A stretch of 64,000 bases of DNA, from assembly GCF_964194025.1 (NCBI RefSeq), contig NC_134479.1, positions 7,440,001-7,504,000 of the forward strand, in the 5' to 3' direction. A program made the translations under genes and the position numbers. Shown here piece by piece: positions 1-12,957 of the stretch. The notes under the pieces were generated by a model, which was given only the letters and a program-made list of their open reading frames with translations, made no database searches and had not been told where the DNA came from. Numbering within the stretch: position 1 is the stretch's first letter; each line of letters opens with the position of its first letter. The stretch comes from Convolutriloba macropyga. Its lineage: Eukaryota.

Positions 1-2100
1 TTGATGCTAAATAAATCCTAGGTTTTACTCTTTCCTTCTAAATGCTTTCAAACTTTTTTCGAAAGAAATCGGTCGCACGAGAAGTTTGATGACATTGGCG
101 ATTGACCTGATTGGCGCAATTTTCATAGACCCGTATACAAAGCCTCTGTATCGTATTATTGGCAGTCAGTATGTTCTAAAAGCTTTTATCATCTGTGTTT
201 CCCTCAAAATATTTCTCGGCCTGTAAAAATAGAGCAATTTGAAAAAAGTTTTACAGGAACATGTTTTGAGTGGTTTGCTATACCGCTTTCATTGTCTCTC
301 GATATACTCATTTAGCTGAAACTTTTTTTCTTCAATTTTTATGCTCTCCGAACAATATTATTTTTGAAAAAACCACGTTTTTTTAAGTGTTCCGTGTGTT
401 TCCTATGAGCATTTCGTTCATATTACGTAATGCTTTGATGTGACCTTCTTCCGTTTCATATGCCCAGCTTCTTCGCTTTACAGCAACTTTACCAACATAT
501 AAAATTAACTCTAGATTTGTGGCTGATGTCATTCATGTAGATAATAAATACCAGATGTCCAAAAAGGCAACAATGTGGCCTTCAATACGTTTCCTTTCAG
601 AATATTATCAGCAACTGAAGTATATTGCTTTCAGTTGAAAAAATATGCTTCTGAAATCTATAATTGACCAGGGAGAACGTATCTATACCATTTTTGCTGT
701 AAGACTTTGTGATCATTATTACTTAACGCTTTTTTGGTATAGAAAGGTGCATTTTATTTTTGTCGCTGTTGTTGTAAAATATTGATCTTTTTATCTACCA
801 CAGTTGCAAGGGCATCCGCCATGCTCGCTCGACGCCGAAATTAAATTGGATCTGAGAAAACCTCAGCAGTGCCTAGACTGTTTTGGTTTTCCATAAATCT
901 TAACAACGAAGTTGGCCTGAAATCTGATGGTTCAATTTTTTCGACATTTGAAGAAAGATAAAATTTTTGCGATATTCAGACCCTCTGAGTAATGTCTCGT
1001 TTCTTTGCTTCTGCTAAACAATAGTTTTAGAGCACCTGTTTAACAGACAGAGAATTTTTTATAATCAGGTTGTTCATGTGATTGAGTTTTCTTGCTTCTT
1101 TTCTAGATAGTGATCTGAAAAATATACTTTGCGTTTCGTTTGTCTATCGTGACAAGAAAATATACTTTGAAGTGAGAATATAACTTTTCCCAATCTTTGA
1201 GAAAAACTCCTTTACTTCTTCTCTTGTTCTTTGCGAGCCCAGTCTTTTTGAGGACTCAGCTTTGCTCGCTAATAAATTATACAGCTGAAAAAACATTTTC
1301 TGTTTTTTGGTTTGTTGTCAATTAGATGTTGAAAAAGAAAATTGGTGTTTCGACCGGATGAGTGTTCTCAGATTTATCCAAAGTTTTTTAATCAATCTAA
1401 ATAATTTCTTCACAGATTTCCTTACAAGAAAAGTTTCTGGGTGGTGATTTTATAATGCTTCAGTGGGCATTCCCTATAATTTTTTTAGGGCGTCGTCAAT
1501 CGTTACAATTTCTAAGCTTTTCCCGTTGACCTCAGGTTGATATGTAAGATCAATTTTGAAATTTGGTTTGTCGTTGCGTCCTACAAGTCCTCTCACAATG
1601 ACACGGGGCCCAATTCGCTCACCGTTCAATCGGCTAGTTATTGATTTTTCAATTACTAAAGAGTCGACGTTTCCTTCTTTTAGGAGAGCAAGGTGACTTG
1701 ACTTTGCTAGTTCGTTGTTAACAATATGTATAGTTGAGGTGGTGTATAACAGTGGGCTAACTTGTTTGCGTCCGAGTCAGTTGGGGCGTTAATTGTTTTA
1801 TTTTGTTTTGGTTTACAAATTGAACAGAACAACTGACATTGATTTTTGCGTGTTTCCTATTAATCCACTTGAGCGTAGCTAGGAGGGAGTGGAAAAACTT
1901 TGATCGGAGGTATACTATTATTGGTTTGTTGCAGCATGAGAGGACAATCTGCTGATTTCTAAAACAGACAGTTTCTATCCAAAACAAAATTATTTCAAGT
2001 GACACAAAAATCAATGAGGTCCTGTGCCAATGGAGTATCCTCTTCCTGAAATATTAGCGGGAACATGTCGCCTTTTTGGCCAACATAGGTCAAATTGCAC
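1..2100 (-). mobile_element. Heavily decayed LINE (RT remnant)
   Basis: Minus strand encodes KIEPSDFRPTSLL (~900-945; NYRPISLL-type motif) and FIIYMNDI (~525-550). Many stops/frameshifts; boundaries approximate. Confidence 0.6.
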
Positions 2101-2499
2101 CCTAATACAGGTAACTTTGTTTAGTACTTCAGTTTTTATTTTTTTTCAAAAAACTACTTGATTGTACGCAAGCTTGTTTTTGCTTTCCTCGTTACAAAAA
2201 GACTGAGATCTTTTGCGTTTGTGCTTCCCCCAATATGTTATTCTTTTCTCCCAATTACAGAGCATGTGTCTTTACATGGCAAATCAGTGTCTGTTGAATA
2301 TGTTATGTGCATCTGGGTGTCAACTTATATGCACCCATTAAGCTGGTCGCGCAAAGGGAAAAGTTCCTGAATTTGTACTCCAATGAACCAGTGAAGATTT
2401 TTTGCTTGAGGTTTCTTCTGTATCAGAAAAAAGCTTTCAATTAGTCACTCCCCTCATTTGATCTCTGTTCTTCTATCTCTGATGTCTAAAGAGCTGTTG

Positions 2500-3449
2500 T
2501 AAATAAACGGATTTATTTCAAATTTGAATCTTCTGTTTCGTACCCCAGTGTTTCTGCGCCCCCAAATACAATCTTTTTATTGTTATATAACATTTTACTA
2601 TGTAAGAATAGTCCATTGTGCAGGGGTTCAAAAAAAACAAAGATCCACAAACCGTATACACGTTACACTTCAAAGAACCACTCAAGGTAGCACTAAACAA
2701 AAATCTAGTTACACCAGCATTTTCTTTGAAAAAATCTTTGTTCAATGACAAACTATAATGTGTCTCCGAACACAAATACTTATGCGAGAAAGCTATTGGC
2801 TCTCTATACTTAATCAAAACTAGTATTTCGAATTGTTGTCCCCTGAAGACAAAATTGATTGCTTATACGAGCTGTTTTGCTCCAATATTCGTTTACACTT
2901 CCTATGTCTCACTATAACAAGATGAATATATTAATAATAGAAAAAGTTGCTCTGAAGTGGATACCAATCGCATATTGAACCAAAGAGGACTGAATCAGAA
3001 AACAAAACCCTAGCCACTTTATATACCGAAGTTTATGACATCCTATTGCTGATATCAGTATCTAGTAGCAACTGTAACATTAATATCAAAAATGTTTTTC
3101 AGTCAACTGCAAAAAACACGCGACAAATTGACCAAAATTAATTGGTTGTCCCAAAGACCCGCGTAAAGAAAATAATTTCAGTCTTTTTTAAGAGAGTCGC
3201 ATTCCTTGCTAACATCATATCTAGAGCAGTTGGAAAAGAAGTAAGTGATATATCTTCAGTCCTTTCAACTAGAGGTACTTTGCGAAAAACAGCGAAATGG
3301 ATTTGTGTACTTGAATAATATAATGCTACTGTGGCTCATGAAACACCAGTGGAAAACTAAAAACTGTGAACTGAAGTTCAATTAACTCAACATTTGGTTG
3401 CGAACCAATAGGCATGATTATCCCTGAAGCCTGTACTGCTACTACTAAT
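2500..3449 (+). mobile_element. 3' remnant of CR1/L2-like LINE
   Basis: IEKVALKWI (~2937-2963) resembles the ORF2 C-terminal LE.VQ..ATKWI motif; ends in a (TAC)n-like tail at ~3434-3449. Confidence 0.5.
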
Positions 3450-4259
3450 GGCGATTAGTAAATTGGATACTGTCCTAGCTTAACTTTTGTTTCCTATATG
3501 TAATTGGGCAGGGCAGTCCAATTGTTTATTGAAATAAAATTTCTTTGAATCATGCCTTCGAATACTTGAGGTGTTTCTGAGCATTGCAAGTAGCGGTAAA
3601 CTTTTAGTTGTCAACATTAATGTCGAATTATTTGAAATCGTGCAGTATCCACTAATTTTCAGTAAAGTACGGAAAAAATCCGCTCTAACATCAGATTTCC
3701 AAACTCTTTGTTAGTGGTTTCATGGCATTTTGCGTAAAACCTGTTTTGCATAATTAATCTGTAGCATATTTCCCTTGGAAATGAACACGTCGGTTGCAAT
3801 CGTTGCATTGTACACTTCATTCACAATAGATAGAAGTTTATTTTGATTCTTGTGGCAATTTTTAGCGTGACCGTACGCCAATGAGCTGCCCTTACATTAT
3901 TTTACAGACTTTTCACGATTGAGACCTTATTTGAAACTCTAACGCTTTCCGTTGCGGTCAGCTTCGTTGTTTTTTACAATATCTGCACCTATGCAGATTT
4001 TGTTTCAAAAATTAGAAGCGGATAATTGAAAAATTGAAGTTGGTGCGGCTGAACGGTTTATAATTTTTTTTGTTCTTAGCTTACGCTTATGTTTTGAATG
4101 TTACTCCGTTTGTTTTTTGATAATTCTGGTTTTAACTATTTTCTTTCTTTGCACTGGACAAACACTTACGCGTAAATTTTTTATGTTTCTCTTCAAATTA
4201 TTCATGTATATATTCGGATGTTGTCATTCACCTTCTTTTTAATTTAAGAGAAAGCGCAA

Positions 4260-4900
4260 AAACTACAAACCTCCGCCCTTAATGTCCAGTTTTAATAGCA
4301 ATCTGTAATCTCATCTGATCTATGAACTCGATTGTTTTTGTTGCAATTCCACTTATGTCGACAAAAGGTTTAAACATTTGACCACTAGATTTTTCGAGCA
4401 TCAGATAAATGATTAACGGGTGGCCCAACATGTTTTTGAGTTCTCTGGGGCTTTATTAATGAACAGTCTTTGTTTATAAGCAACAGCCTTCATTTATGAG
4501 ATAATAGATCAGTTCCCGTATATCGAAAAACTTATGACCATAGAAGCTCCACTTTAGTGTACTAGATCAGAGGAATAGCACTGAAACATTAATTGCAGAA
4601 AACTTGTTCCGCCTATAAAAAATTTGAATTGACATGTGTGCAACGTTAAACCGGTAATGAAACGAAAATCTCCCATTCAAAGCCTATTAAAAAAAGACTC
4701 ATTTTAACAGTTTCAAAGTTCCTTTAACATTTTAAAAAACTTTAAGGTGGAAACCTATTGGAATTTTAGCAAATTTCGAAAAAGTAAATAGATAATCAAG
4801 ATACATTACTGTATGCATGCATACTTGTACTTTTTACACTTAACAAGTTTTTAACTAAAACGATGTTATTGCGAAAACGTTTGAGTAAATTAACAATTTA
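4260..4900 (+). mobile_element. Decayed Penelope-like element (GIY-YIG end plus 3' region)
   Basis: 4290-4440 reads SFNSNL*SHLIYELDCFCCNSTYVDK..KHLTTRFFEH, colinear with the GIY-YIG ORF at 7515-7883; degenerate hammerhead remnant at 4853-4886. Confidence 0.7.
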
Positions 4901-5038
4901 ATATCGACCTTTAACTCTTTTTAGCTATAACGTATAAAATCAGTAACCCTCCCGGCTTAGTGGGCATATAACTTTAGCGTCCCCAGGTACATGTGTGTTT
5001 TTTAATTAACCCGCTGTATAATATAACAACACTTGTAG

Positions 5039-5400
5039 TTGCTCGACAATTTGCGGATTCAGTGGTTTCTTGAATCAAATAATACACCTATTGAAGCCCA
5101 TGAAAAATCCACACTAGCCGTTGCTCTTTTGAGCAAAGGGTGGTATACAGACATGTGGCACAATAATATGAGACTATTCGAGAAAATGGTGCATGATTTT
5201 TTCTATGACGTCCAAGTTGAGCCATCAAGAAGGCGAAAGTTTTTGCAACAAGTCTAGCACTGATAACCACACTCATTTTGACATCAAAGTAAACGGCTTG
5301 TGGGTTCCAATTCCATTAGAAATTTATTCGACCTGAAGTTATTAAGCCGTTAATTTAAAAGAATCTAAGGAAGCATATAAATTTCACGAGGCAAATAAAA
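5039..5400 (+). mobile_element. CRE-clade non-LTR retrotransposon fragment (restriction-like endonuclease region)
   Basis: HNNMR..F....DVQVEP, then after a frameshift EGESF..KSS...FDIKVNGLW, matching the CRE-type HNEIRD...VEP...RLDI.A.G.W signature. Confidence 0.6.
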
Positions 5401-7073
5401 ATCTGAAATATCCTCAATGACTTTTGGAAATTGAAAAAAGCAATAATTTTTCTCTCGTAATTTCCTGCATGGGAGGCGCATGGTTCTCTGCAACAAGCAC
5501 TATAAAGGAACTATCAAGAAAAACCTCCGAAAGAAAAGACGACTCGGATGCATTGGCACACATTCTGACGAAGGTAAGTTTTGCACTCGTACACTGCGCA
5601 ATTATCTGTCTGACTAAACTTCTGAAGCTGTCAATAGTGCAGTTTTTAAGAGAAATAGTAGTAGTATTAGTTGTAGTAAAAGACTTAATTGCTTCATGAG
5701 GCATTATGTATCCAAGGAAATCCGAATAAACACCAAAAATGATAATTATCAACCTTTTCATTAACAAAAGCAAGTAGAAGAGTTTCAAGTTTATTTTAAA
5801 AAGATAGGAGTCCATAAAGATATTGAGACTCGCGCAAGTTTGAACTAAATTTCCCAGTCTCACAGCGCTAAACAAAAAGATCTTTTCACATATGGATTTC
5901 TTTGTTCTATTCAAATTCAAAATTGATTTGGGCGAGCTTCGCAAGCGTTGATTGTATTGAATTTGAATGAGTTGCATCGAATTTAAATCATATTTGCCCG
6001 TCAAGATTCTATTCAACATGGTAAGATCTTTGAATTGCAACATGCTGCAAATCGGCGTTAATTTACACTTTAAAAGTCTGTCTCGATACGAGCTTCCTGA
6101 GCAAGTCCACTTAGTACTTTTGATTTCAGAGCTCTCTAATTTTGTTGGTTCAGCACAAGAGGGAGACCAAAACTCAGATCCGTAAAGGAGAGTTGACAAA
6201 AAGAACGATTTGTACATTGTTAACTTGGTTTGAAGAGGTAAGTCAAAACGTAGATTTGTTTTGAGTGATGTCAGAAGAGAGAAACATAGCCAAGTCTTCT
6301 CAATATATGGACGTTCCATTTAAAGTTTTCAGGAAAAAATAGCTAATTTTTTTTACTGTATTCACGGGATGAACTACTTCAACCCCAATATTTAAAGAGC
6401 AGTGGCCATTGGTCTTTCCAATCAATAAAACTGAGTTTTGGAAAAATTAAACATCCTTGAGTTTCTCGTGGCCCAATTCAAACGTTGTTTTGTAAGTGTT
6501 TTTCAATGCTTTCACATCGTCAGCAAAGAGGTGAAAACTTGACACACTAGCAGAATGTAGGTCATTAATGAATACTAGAAAATACAAAGGTCCCAAAATT
6601 GAATCCTGTGGAACTCCGCTTGAAGCGGAAGCCCATGAAGATAAACAATTTTCAGCCTTGACACGCTGTTCTCTGTATGTGAAAACAGAAGCTAGCAAAA
6701 CGTAATACTTTTCCACCAAATCAAAAGCTTCTCAAATTGTTTAAAAGTATTGAGTGTTGAACACAAACAAAAGCTTTGCTGAAATCTAAATATAGGCAAA
6801 ATACGTCAGGATCTTTGTCATGAGCTTTGTAAATTTATTGAGTGTTGAACACTATCAAAAGTTTTGTTGAAGTCTTAATATAGGCAAAATACATCAGCAT
6901 CTTTGTCATGAGCTTTGTAAATTTCATCAAGATACAGTATAAGTTGAGTTACTGTTGAGCGTCTTTTCATAAATCCGATTTGAAGAGGAGATATTCTCTT
7001 TCTGACAAAAGGATATAGAGCATTAAACATAATTCGTTCACACACTAGGGATAATTTACTTATGTTACTAATG

Positions 7074-8000
7074 TAAAAGAAATCGAATTGTCAAACTAAA
7101 ATTACTTAAAACAAACGTTTTCGAACTTTACGTTCATCGTCAGGTTAAAACTGTTTTACAAATTGTTAAAAGATAAAATAAATTTGTATTTACATTTGTC
7201 TGAGACTACACTTAAAACAATTCTAGGAACTATTCTAAATAATTCAATCACAAATTTTTCCATATGTACGGTATTTAGACTATTTACAACTCATATTTAC
7301 ATCCGTTATCTATTTTTTGAAAACATTCCTATTCCGGATTTTTCGATTCTGGCCATGTTCTTGTTTTCTTAGGGTTATTCCGAATTTGCCCTAAACTTAA
7401 GTCTCCCTCTTGTGGAGGTTTTGCAAATTTCGTTTTGTCATGCGGAAAATTTTTTTTGCCCTATGTATCCTCATCTACTCAAAATTAAAATTTGAACTAA
7501 TATTTTAACGTGAGTTACTGCCCCCTATATTCATGGCGTGTGTTTAGTGCCGGCTTCAGCTTGCTGATGTATATAGCTTCGATAATCATAAGTTTTTCTA
7601 CCGTCCGACAGGCGTCAAGAATTTTCCATTCAATGTCATTCGTAGCGCCACGACCTTCAACCAGATGTTGACCCACCTGTGAATCCTTCTTTTGATGTTC
7701 TATTATCCTTGTGGTAACATGCCGGCTTGTTTGCCCAACATAGATGGATTCGCATCCATTACATTTAATATCATATACCACGTGGGATTTCAGGTCTCTA
7801 TCGAAAGATGATTTCAGGGTGGGGAGGCATGATCCTAATTTCCGCGTCGTAAAAACCACTTGCAATTCGCATAATTTCTTCAATTTGCTTGCAAAGTTTT
7901 GAGTAAGGTTGCCTCTGTATTGTAGAAAAATAGTTGGCTTATCATAAGATCTAGTCTAGCTTTTTTGATGCTCTTTTGGTGTAAGACTGCATCCAGAATT
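7074..8000 (-). mobile_element. 5'-truncated Penelope-like element with GIY-YIG endonuclease
   Basis: ORF 7515-7883: VVYDIKCNGCESIYVGQTSRHVTTRIIEH...EAIYISKLKPALN, the PLE GIY-YIG signature; hammerhead in the downstream UTR. Confidence 0.9.
7107..7158 (-). ncRNA. Minimal type I hammerhead ribozyme of the Penelope-like element
   Basis: Minus strand: taaaacagttttaac-CTGACGA-T-GAAC(gtaaa)GTTC-GAAA-ACGT-TT-gtttta. Both core boxes are intact, with a 4-bp stem II, palindromic ACGT stem III and a short stem I. Confidence 0.8.
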
Positions 8001-8131
8001 TGGTAGGACTGCATACAGAATTTGAAGCCCGTTTTAAAAGTTGGTATGATCTTTGCTTTCTTCGATATTTTTGGATATGTCGAAGTTTCAGCAATGCTTT
8101 GAAAGAGTTTCATGACATGATAAGTTAAACT

Positions 8132-8235
8132 GGATCTTTTCCGTTTGTGCCCCCCCCCTTCCGTATTGCACGTTCGTCTGGGGGGTGAAAATGATATGCG
8201 CCCACTAAGCTGGGGGGCACAAACGGAAAAGATCC
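8132..8235. mobile_element. MITE, Merlin-like (GG termini, 8-bp TSD)
   Basis: 24-bp TIR GGATCTTTTCCGTTTGTGCCCCCC / GGGGGGCACAAACGGAAAAGATCC; flanks gttaaact / gttaacct. Confidence 0.85.
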
Positions 8236-8820
8236 GTTAACCTATCTGTAGTCATCCGAAGAAAGTCCCCTGTAATTTTGTCAAAACCTTTACCGAGGGA
8301 AGCTTGAGATAAGGGGGCTTGAATATCGTCCATCGTAAAGCACAGCTTATTTAAGGGGTCCGTTGTCCAAAGTCGTCGAAATAACCAACGGCAGGCTGAT
8401 AGACTCATAAAATAAGCATTGAAAGCATTCGCAATGGACGGGTACCCATTATGCATTGTACTTTGAGATATCATTTCAGTAGGTAAGTGCTCACTCTTGA
8501 GTCTCTTAATAAGACGAAAACAACTTGACGCGCCAGTATTATTTGAGGCAAATTGATCAAGATAAACTGCAGTGTCAAGTTCTATTGACACGTCTAGATC
8601 TCTGCTAAGTTCTTCTACCAACACAGAAGGAAACTTCCAATGATTTTTAACAACGTTGTTGCGTTTATTCAAAGCATGAATAGTGTGAGACGAATAGATC
8701 GTTTCATAGTTGTATAACTGCTAAGAAGATCATCCAGATATTTCAAAAAGAAATAGCTTTAATTGTAGAATCAAATTTGGTGTGAAAATTGTATTTTAAG
8801 TTTTTCATTAATCTCTTCAG

Positions 8821-8943
8821 ATGTATCCTTGAGCATGGTGACTACGGTGGCAGAGAATGTGACGGAGGAGAATATCAGGAAGAATACTGTGACGAGGACA
8901 CCTCTCAATGTGCAGTATGCCTCTACAATGGAACCGAGTACAG
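8821..8943 (+). CDS. Internal exon of SCO-spondin/VWF/mucin-like gene (TSP1 C-terminal half, start of VWC-like domain)
   Basis: Acceptor tcttcag, donor ag|gtcagt; CILEHGDYGGRECDGGEYQEEYCDEDTSQCAVCLYNGTEY; phase 2/2; YGG.EC.G...E..C is a TSP1 tail motif. Confidence 0.9.
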
Positions 8944-9307
8944 GTCAGTACAACTTGGGATTTCATCGAAATATCTTAGAATTTGAATTTTCCCGTTAAT
9001 TTAGTGTTTCCCGTTAATTTAGTGTTCTGAATGATTTAATAGTAAATACGAATTGGATATTGAAAAGCATTGTGTTTCTGTGTACAGAAAACAATCAGTT
9101 GGTAGTAATTTTAAAAATAATTTTTACTGTTTTTAAATAGTAAAAATAATAATGGTTTATTATTAGGGATAAATCCGAGGTGTCTTGAGGCCATAATGTT
9201 GGATAGTTCTCACTTTTATAGTTCTATGAGAAAGTAAGCTCAAAACTCCCCTCTTCAGCATTGGGCGAATGTTGACTGGGCAGGGCGTAAATGTCGATTT
9301 TCCGTAG

Positions 9308-9425
9308 GAATAATGACGTAGTGGAGAGTAGCAAATGCTACCAGACCATCTGCGTGGACAACACAACCAGGCTGGAACTCAGATGCGACGAAGGACCATC
9401 CGGACCACACAACTGCGCCGATGAC
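9308..9425 (+). CDS. Internal exon, VWC-like domain
   Basis: Acceptor ttttccgtag, donor gac|gtaagt; NNDVVESSKCYQTICVDNTTRLELRCDEGPSGPHNCADD; phase 2/0, in frame with neighbours; missed by the ORF track. Confidence 0.9.
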
Positions 9426-9660
9426 GTAAGTTAATATTTCTGTAACTGAAAACTGAGTTCTTCAAATTGGTTTTACCCATCGTCTGCTTAATAACGTTTT
9501 ACCCAACGTTGCTTCGTTAATATACAACTGAGCTGCTACCTCAGTAATGGTTTTGAAGCTATTAAAATTTCGTCCAACGATGTTTCCCTTAATGTCTTTG
9601 ATTTCTCTAGAGCTTTTGGTAGGATAGATCACTGTTTGCTTCTTCTGAAGGTATTCATTT

Positions 9661-9939
9661 ATGGGGGTAGTTTGGAAAAATTATGAAGCTGTTGCGAGGT
9701 TAGAGGATCAAATCGACCTCGACTCGCTACAGAAATGGAGTGATGAGAAGAGTATTAATTTTAATCTCGGTAAATGCCATATAAGTCATACTAAAGCACC
9801 AAACATTTCTACTAAAGCACCAAACATTTCTCAGAGAGATAATCTAATAGGTTTATTCTGCCAACGATTAAACGTGAGGTCAAAAACTCAAATTTCTTTT
9901 CCTCAACTGCTTATCGATCAATTTTGGTATCTGGTCTGA
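9661..9939 (+). mobile_element. Short LINE RT fragment
   Basis: DLDSLQKWSDEKSINFNLGKC matches the DL..L..WS.....FN..KC RT motif. Confidence 0.6.
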
Positions 9940-10155
9940 TTAATATACAACAGGGCTTAAAAGTATTTTTTTAAAAAAAATTATGTATTACTACAATCAT
10001 TATTACGAGTCAGACATGGCACCTGGACGTTTATCTGATGCTATGTGGCGGTTGAACATTAGTGAAAACTGACCGCCTGCGGTGTAATTTTTACGGGAGC
10101 ACAGTTTTCTGAAATTCATTATAATGATGGGTTTGCATAATGAAGTCTTTTAATT

Positions 10156-11302
10156 AATAGCCGCGTCCTCAATTCCAGGCGGCTATTATAGCGCTCCTAA
10201 TTTTTTTACAATTCAAAGAATTTGAATTTTACTGGGGTGCTGTCTGTTTTTAAGATCTGTTCACACATTTTCATGATTTTTGAAGTCAAATTGGAGTAGT
10301 GATTTTGGTCACGCCGAAACAGAAAGTGGAGCGAAAAAACGAGTGGTTTTGCGGCGTGAAATTTTTTCGCTCTAATTTTAAAGTAGAGTGAGAAAACGGT
10401 GTTTGAACAAAAATTCGCTTTCTCGCTAGTGGTTTTTTGTTCACATGCGGCAATTTCACTTTGATTTTTTACTGTTTTTTCGATTTTTTGGATCGGTTTT
10501 TTTTCTAAATGGTTTTCCCAATCCATTCAGAGTCCGTTCTAGGTCTAGTTTTCTGTTTAGTCAATGAAAATTCTTTGAATTGTACGTCAGGACTTGTCCT
10601 GCTATGTTTTTAAGATGTGTTCACAAATTTTTCAATGACTTTGATCTTTCAAAACGGGATAAACAGGTAAATCACAGCGGGCATAAGTTTCATTAGAGGC
10701 TATGTTTTTTTACTTCGTCTCACAGATTTTTGTTTCGTCTTACCCTGACTTCTTGGAATTGACTTTTTCAATGACTTACCTCACTAAATAAATGACTTCT
10801 GAACTCACTTATGCAACTTTAAATTTTATGAACATTTACTTGTTAAAGGTCAATAGTGTGCATCTAAGTAGTGCCAAACATATATGCCCTAATTCTTGAT
10901 TATTAGAGTCTTGAGTTTTTGATTTCGAATATTAATTTTGGGATCTTCGTTTATGCCCCAAGTACGTTATGCGCCCCTAGTTACAGAGCACGGGCCATTA
11001 CATAGTAAGTCAATATGCAAAAATTATTGCACGTGCATCTGAGAGGTGCAATTAATATGCGCCTATTAAGCTGAGGGGGCACAAACGGAAAAGATCCTAA
11101 TTTTGAAAAGCCCTATTAGGGCTTTCTCCTTATAGAGCTTATGTGTCGCATAAAAATGACAGTCCAAAGCTTACCCAAAAAAGTCTAGTGGTCTATTAAA
11201 GCACTGGTGGTCGATCTGTCTATCTAATCTCTTTAGTTGTTTCAACTCATGGAAGGCCCCAAGCGTCTATCGCGGCTATTTTCCGGCAATCTGCCGGCTA
11301 TG
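10156..11302 (+). mobile_element. Non-autonomous Helentron-type element (HINE), end-family A
   Basis: 5' subTIR AATAGCCGC with nearby short IR (10179-10187); 3' subTIR GCGGCTATT (11272) then hairpin CCGGCA-atc-TGCCGG and CTATG; T-rich flanks, no TSD. Confidence 0.8.
10941..11097. mobile_element. Merlin-like MITE nested in HINE
   Basis: GGATCTT...AAGATCC termini with perfect 8-bp TSD TAATTTTG; the paralogous empty site is at ~51480. Confidence 0.9.
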
Positions 11303-11305
11303 TTT

Positions 11306-12299
11306 ATGACTGCGAAGCTGTAAGCTCAGCGAAACTATATTGCAATGTGCGTGCTTTGTTTGTTTCATTGTCTGACGCTTTTTTTTTCAATTCAAAGAAT
11401 TCGAATTGTATTGGGGCGCTGTCTTTTTTCAAGATCTGTTCACACATTTTTATGATTTTCGAAGTCAAATTGAAGCGATAATTTTGGTCACGCCGAAAAA
11501 GGAAGTGGAGCGAAAAAGCAAGTGGTTTTGCGGCGTAAAATTTTTTTACTCGAATTTTAAAGTAGAGTGAGAAAATGGGCTTTAAGAAAATTCCTTTTCT
11601 CGCTAGTGATTTTTTGTTCACATGCGGCATCGGAAATTTCTTGGTTTTCCCAATGCACCCATAGTTCAATTTAGGCCTACTTTTTTGTTTGAACCAAATT
11701 TCCCTTTCTCGCTAGTGGGTTTTTGTTCATATAAGGCATTTTAACTTTAATTTTTGTCTTTTTTTAAAAAAAATCTTGATTTTTTTGGAAAGGGTTTTCC
11801 CAATTCACGCATAGTCTCTTCTAGGTCTAGCCTTTTGTTCAGTCAAAGAAAATGCTTTGATTTGTACGTCAGGACTTGTCCTGCTTTGTTTTTTTATTTG
11901 TTCACACAGCAAAGCTGACAAAGTCAATTTGTGCGCGTGATCTCTCTCTCTCTATCTATCTCTCTCTGTAGCAGAAGGTTTTGGGCTATTTGCGTGAATA
12001 GGTTTTGATAATACGTGGCTTACCTCACTAAAAATGACTTCCTCACTTTAAAGCTTAATTTTAATTTGAATTACTTTAAAGGCAAAGAAACTCATATGTG
12101 TAATGAAGATCCCTAATGAAAAGGCTGTTACGGAGTGAATAATTTGAGCCTTCATAATTTATTGATGAAGTTTTTGGAATAGTTTTTTAAGCGGCGTCAA
12201 TAACTCTTACTATTTTTGCTATATCTATTCGACGGCACGCAGGTCTATTTTGCAACTATTTACTTTTTTCGCAACTATTCCGGCAACCTGCGGGCTATG
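11306..12299 (+). mobile_element. HINE, end-family A2
   Basis: 5' end matches 23771 (…ctgcgaagctgtaagct…); 3' cgcaactat-t-ccggca-acc-tgcggg-ctatg; abuts the previous HINE. Confidence 0.75.
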
Positions 12300-12462
12300 T
12301 TGTATCATGCCCAGTTAACAAAAAGTTGACTGTAGACACTATATTAGTTGGCGATGACTGACCAGCTTTTTTAGCGTACTCATGTGACCTAGGAGTATTG
12401 TCCTTTCAATTTTTTTTAAATGTTTGTAGAATAGTTTTGGTAATTTCGGTTGTTGGTTTTAG

Positions 12463-12586
12463 GAGATTTATATTCCGCCAAGTAGTGAGACAGAAGCAGA
12501 GGGACAGAACTGTTGTGGAAGGTGTGAGAAGAAGGCATGCAGACAAGACGACGTCTGTCTAACTGTCAACCTCACCAAGACAGATG
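12463..12586 (+). CDS. Internal exon, end of VWC-like domain and start of CTCK
   Basis: Acceptor ggttttag, donor g|gtaagt; EIYIPPSSETEAEGQNCCGRCEKKACRQDDVCLTVNLTKTD; phase 0/1. Confidence 0.9.
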
Positions 12587-12957
12587 GTAAGTATCATTTC
12601 TATCGCCTGCATTACAAGTTAATCAAACTCGTCGCAAATAAGTTGCCAACGTGTATTTTTTGGGCATTTCAATGCAGTGAAAATAAGTTTTTGGGATTTG
12701 CTTGTATTTTGCCTTGAGTAATAAGTGATGCTGTTGGGTTACTTCATCTCTAAATTCGTCGGCAGATTTCTATGTTTGATCATAGCTGTATTATCACCTA
12801 CGTACCGAAAGTGAAGGTATTTTTGCCATTATTTCCGTTCTAGAATCAATAAGAATTGTGGTGAATATAAGAGAATTACTAATTTAAAAATCTGCTTGGT
12901 GAACAATATCGTAAAACAAAAGTAGGAGAAAGAGTGTTTAATTGCTCTCAAGTGAAA

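Larger units (their letters stand above)
5656..8760 (-). mobile_element. Decayed CR1/L2-like LINE interrupted by a Penelope-like element (7074-8000) and a MITE (8132-8235)
   Basis: RT motifs SGVPQDSILGPLYFLVFINDL and LFADD (6447-6719), KAKIIPTFK (8050-8070), C-terminal LLYGSEFWSP; (TAC)n tail at 5656-5678. The SY..|ISNISKL motif is split across the 7073/8001 junctions. Confidence 0.85.
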
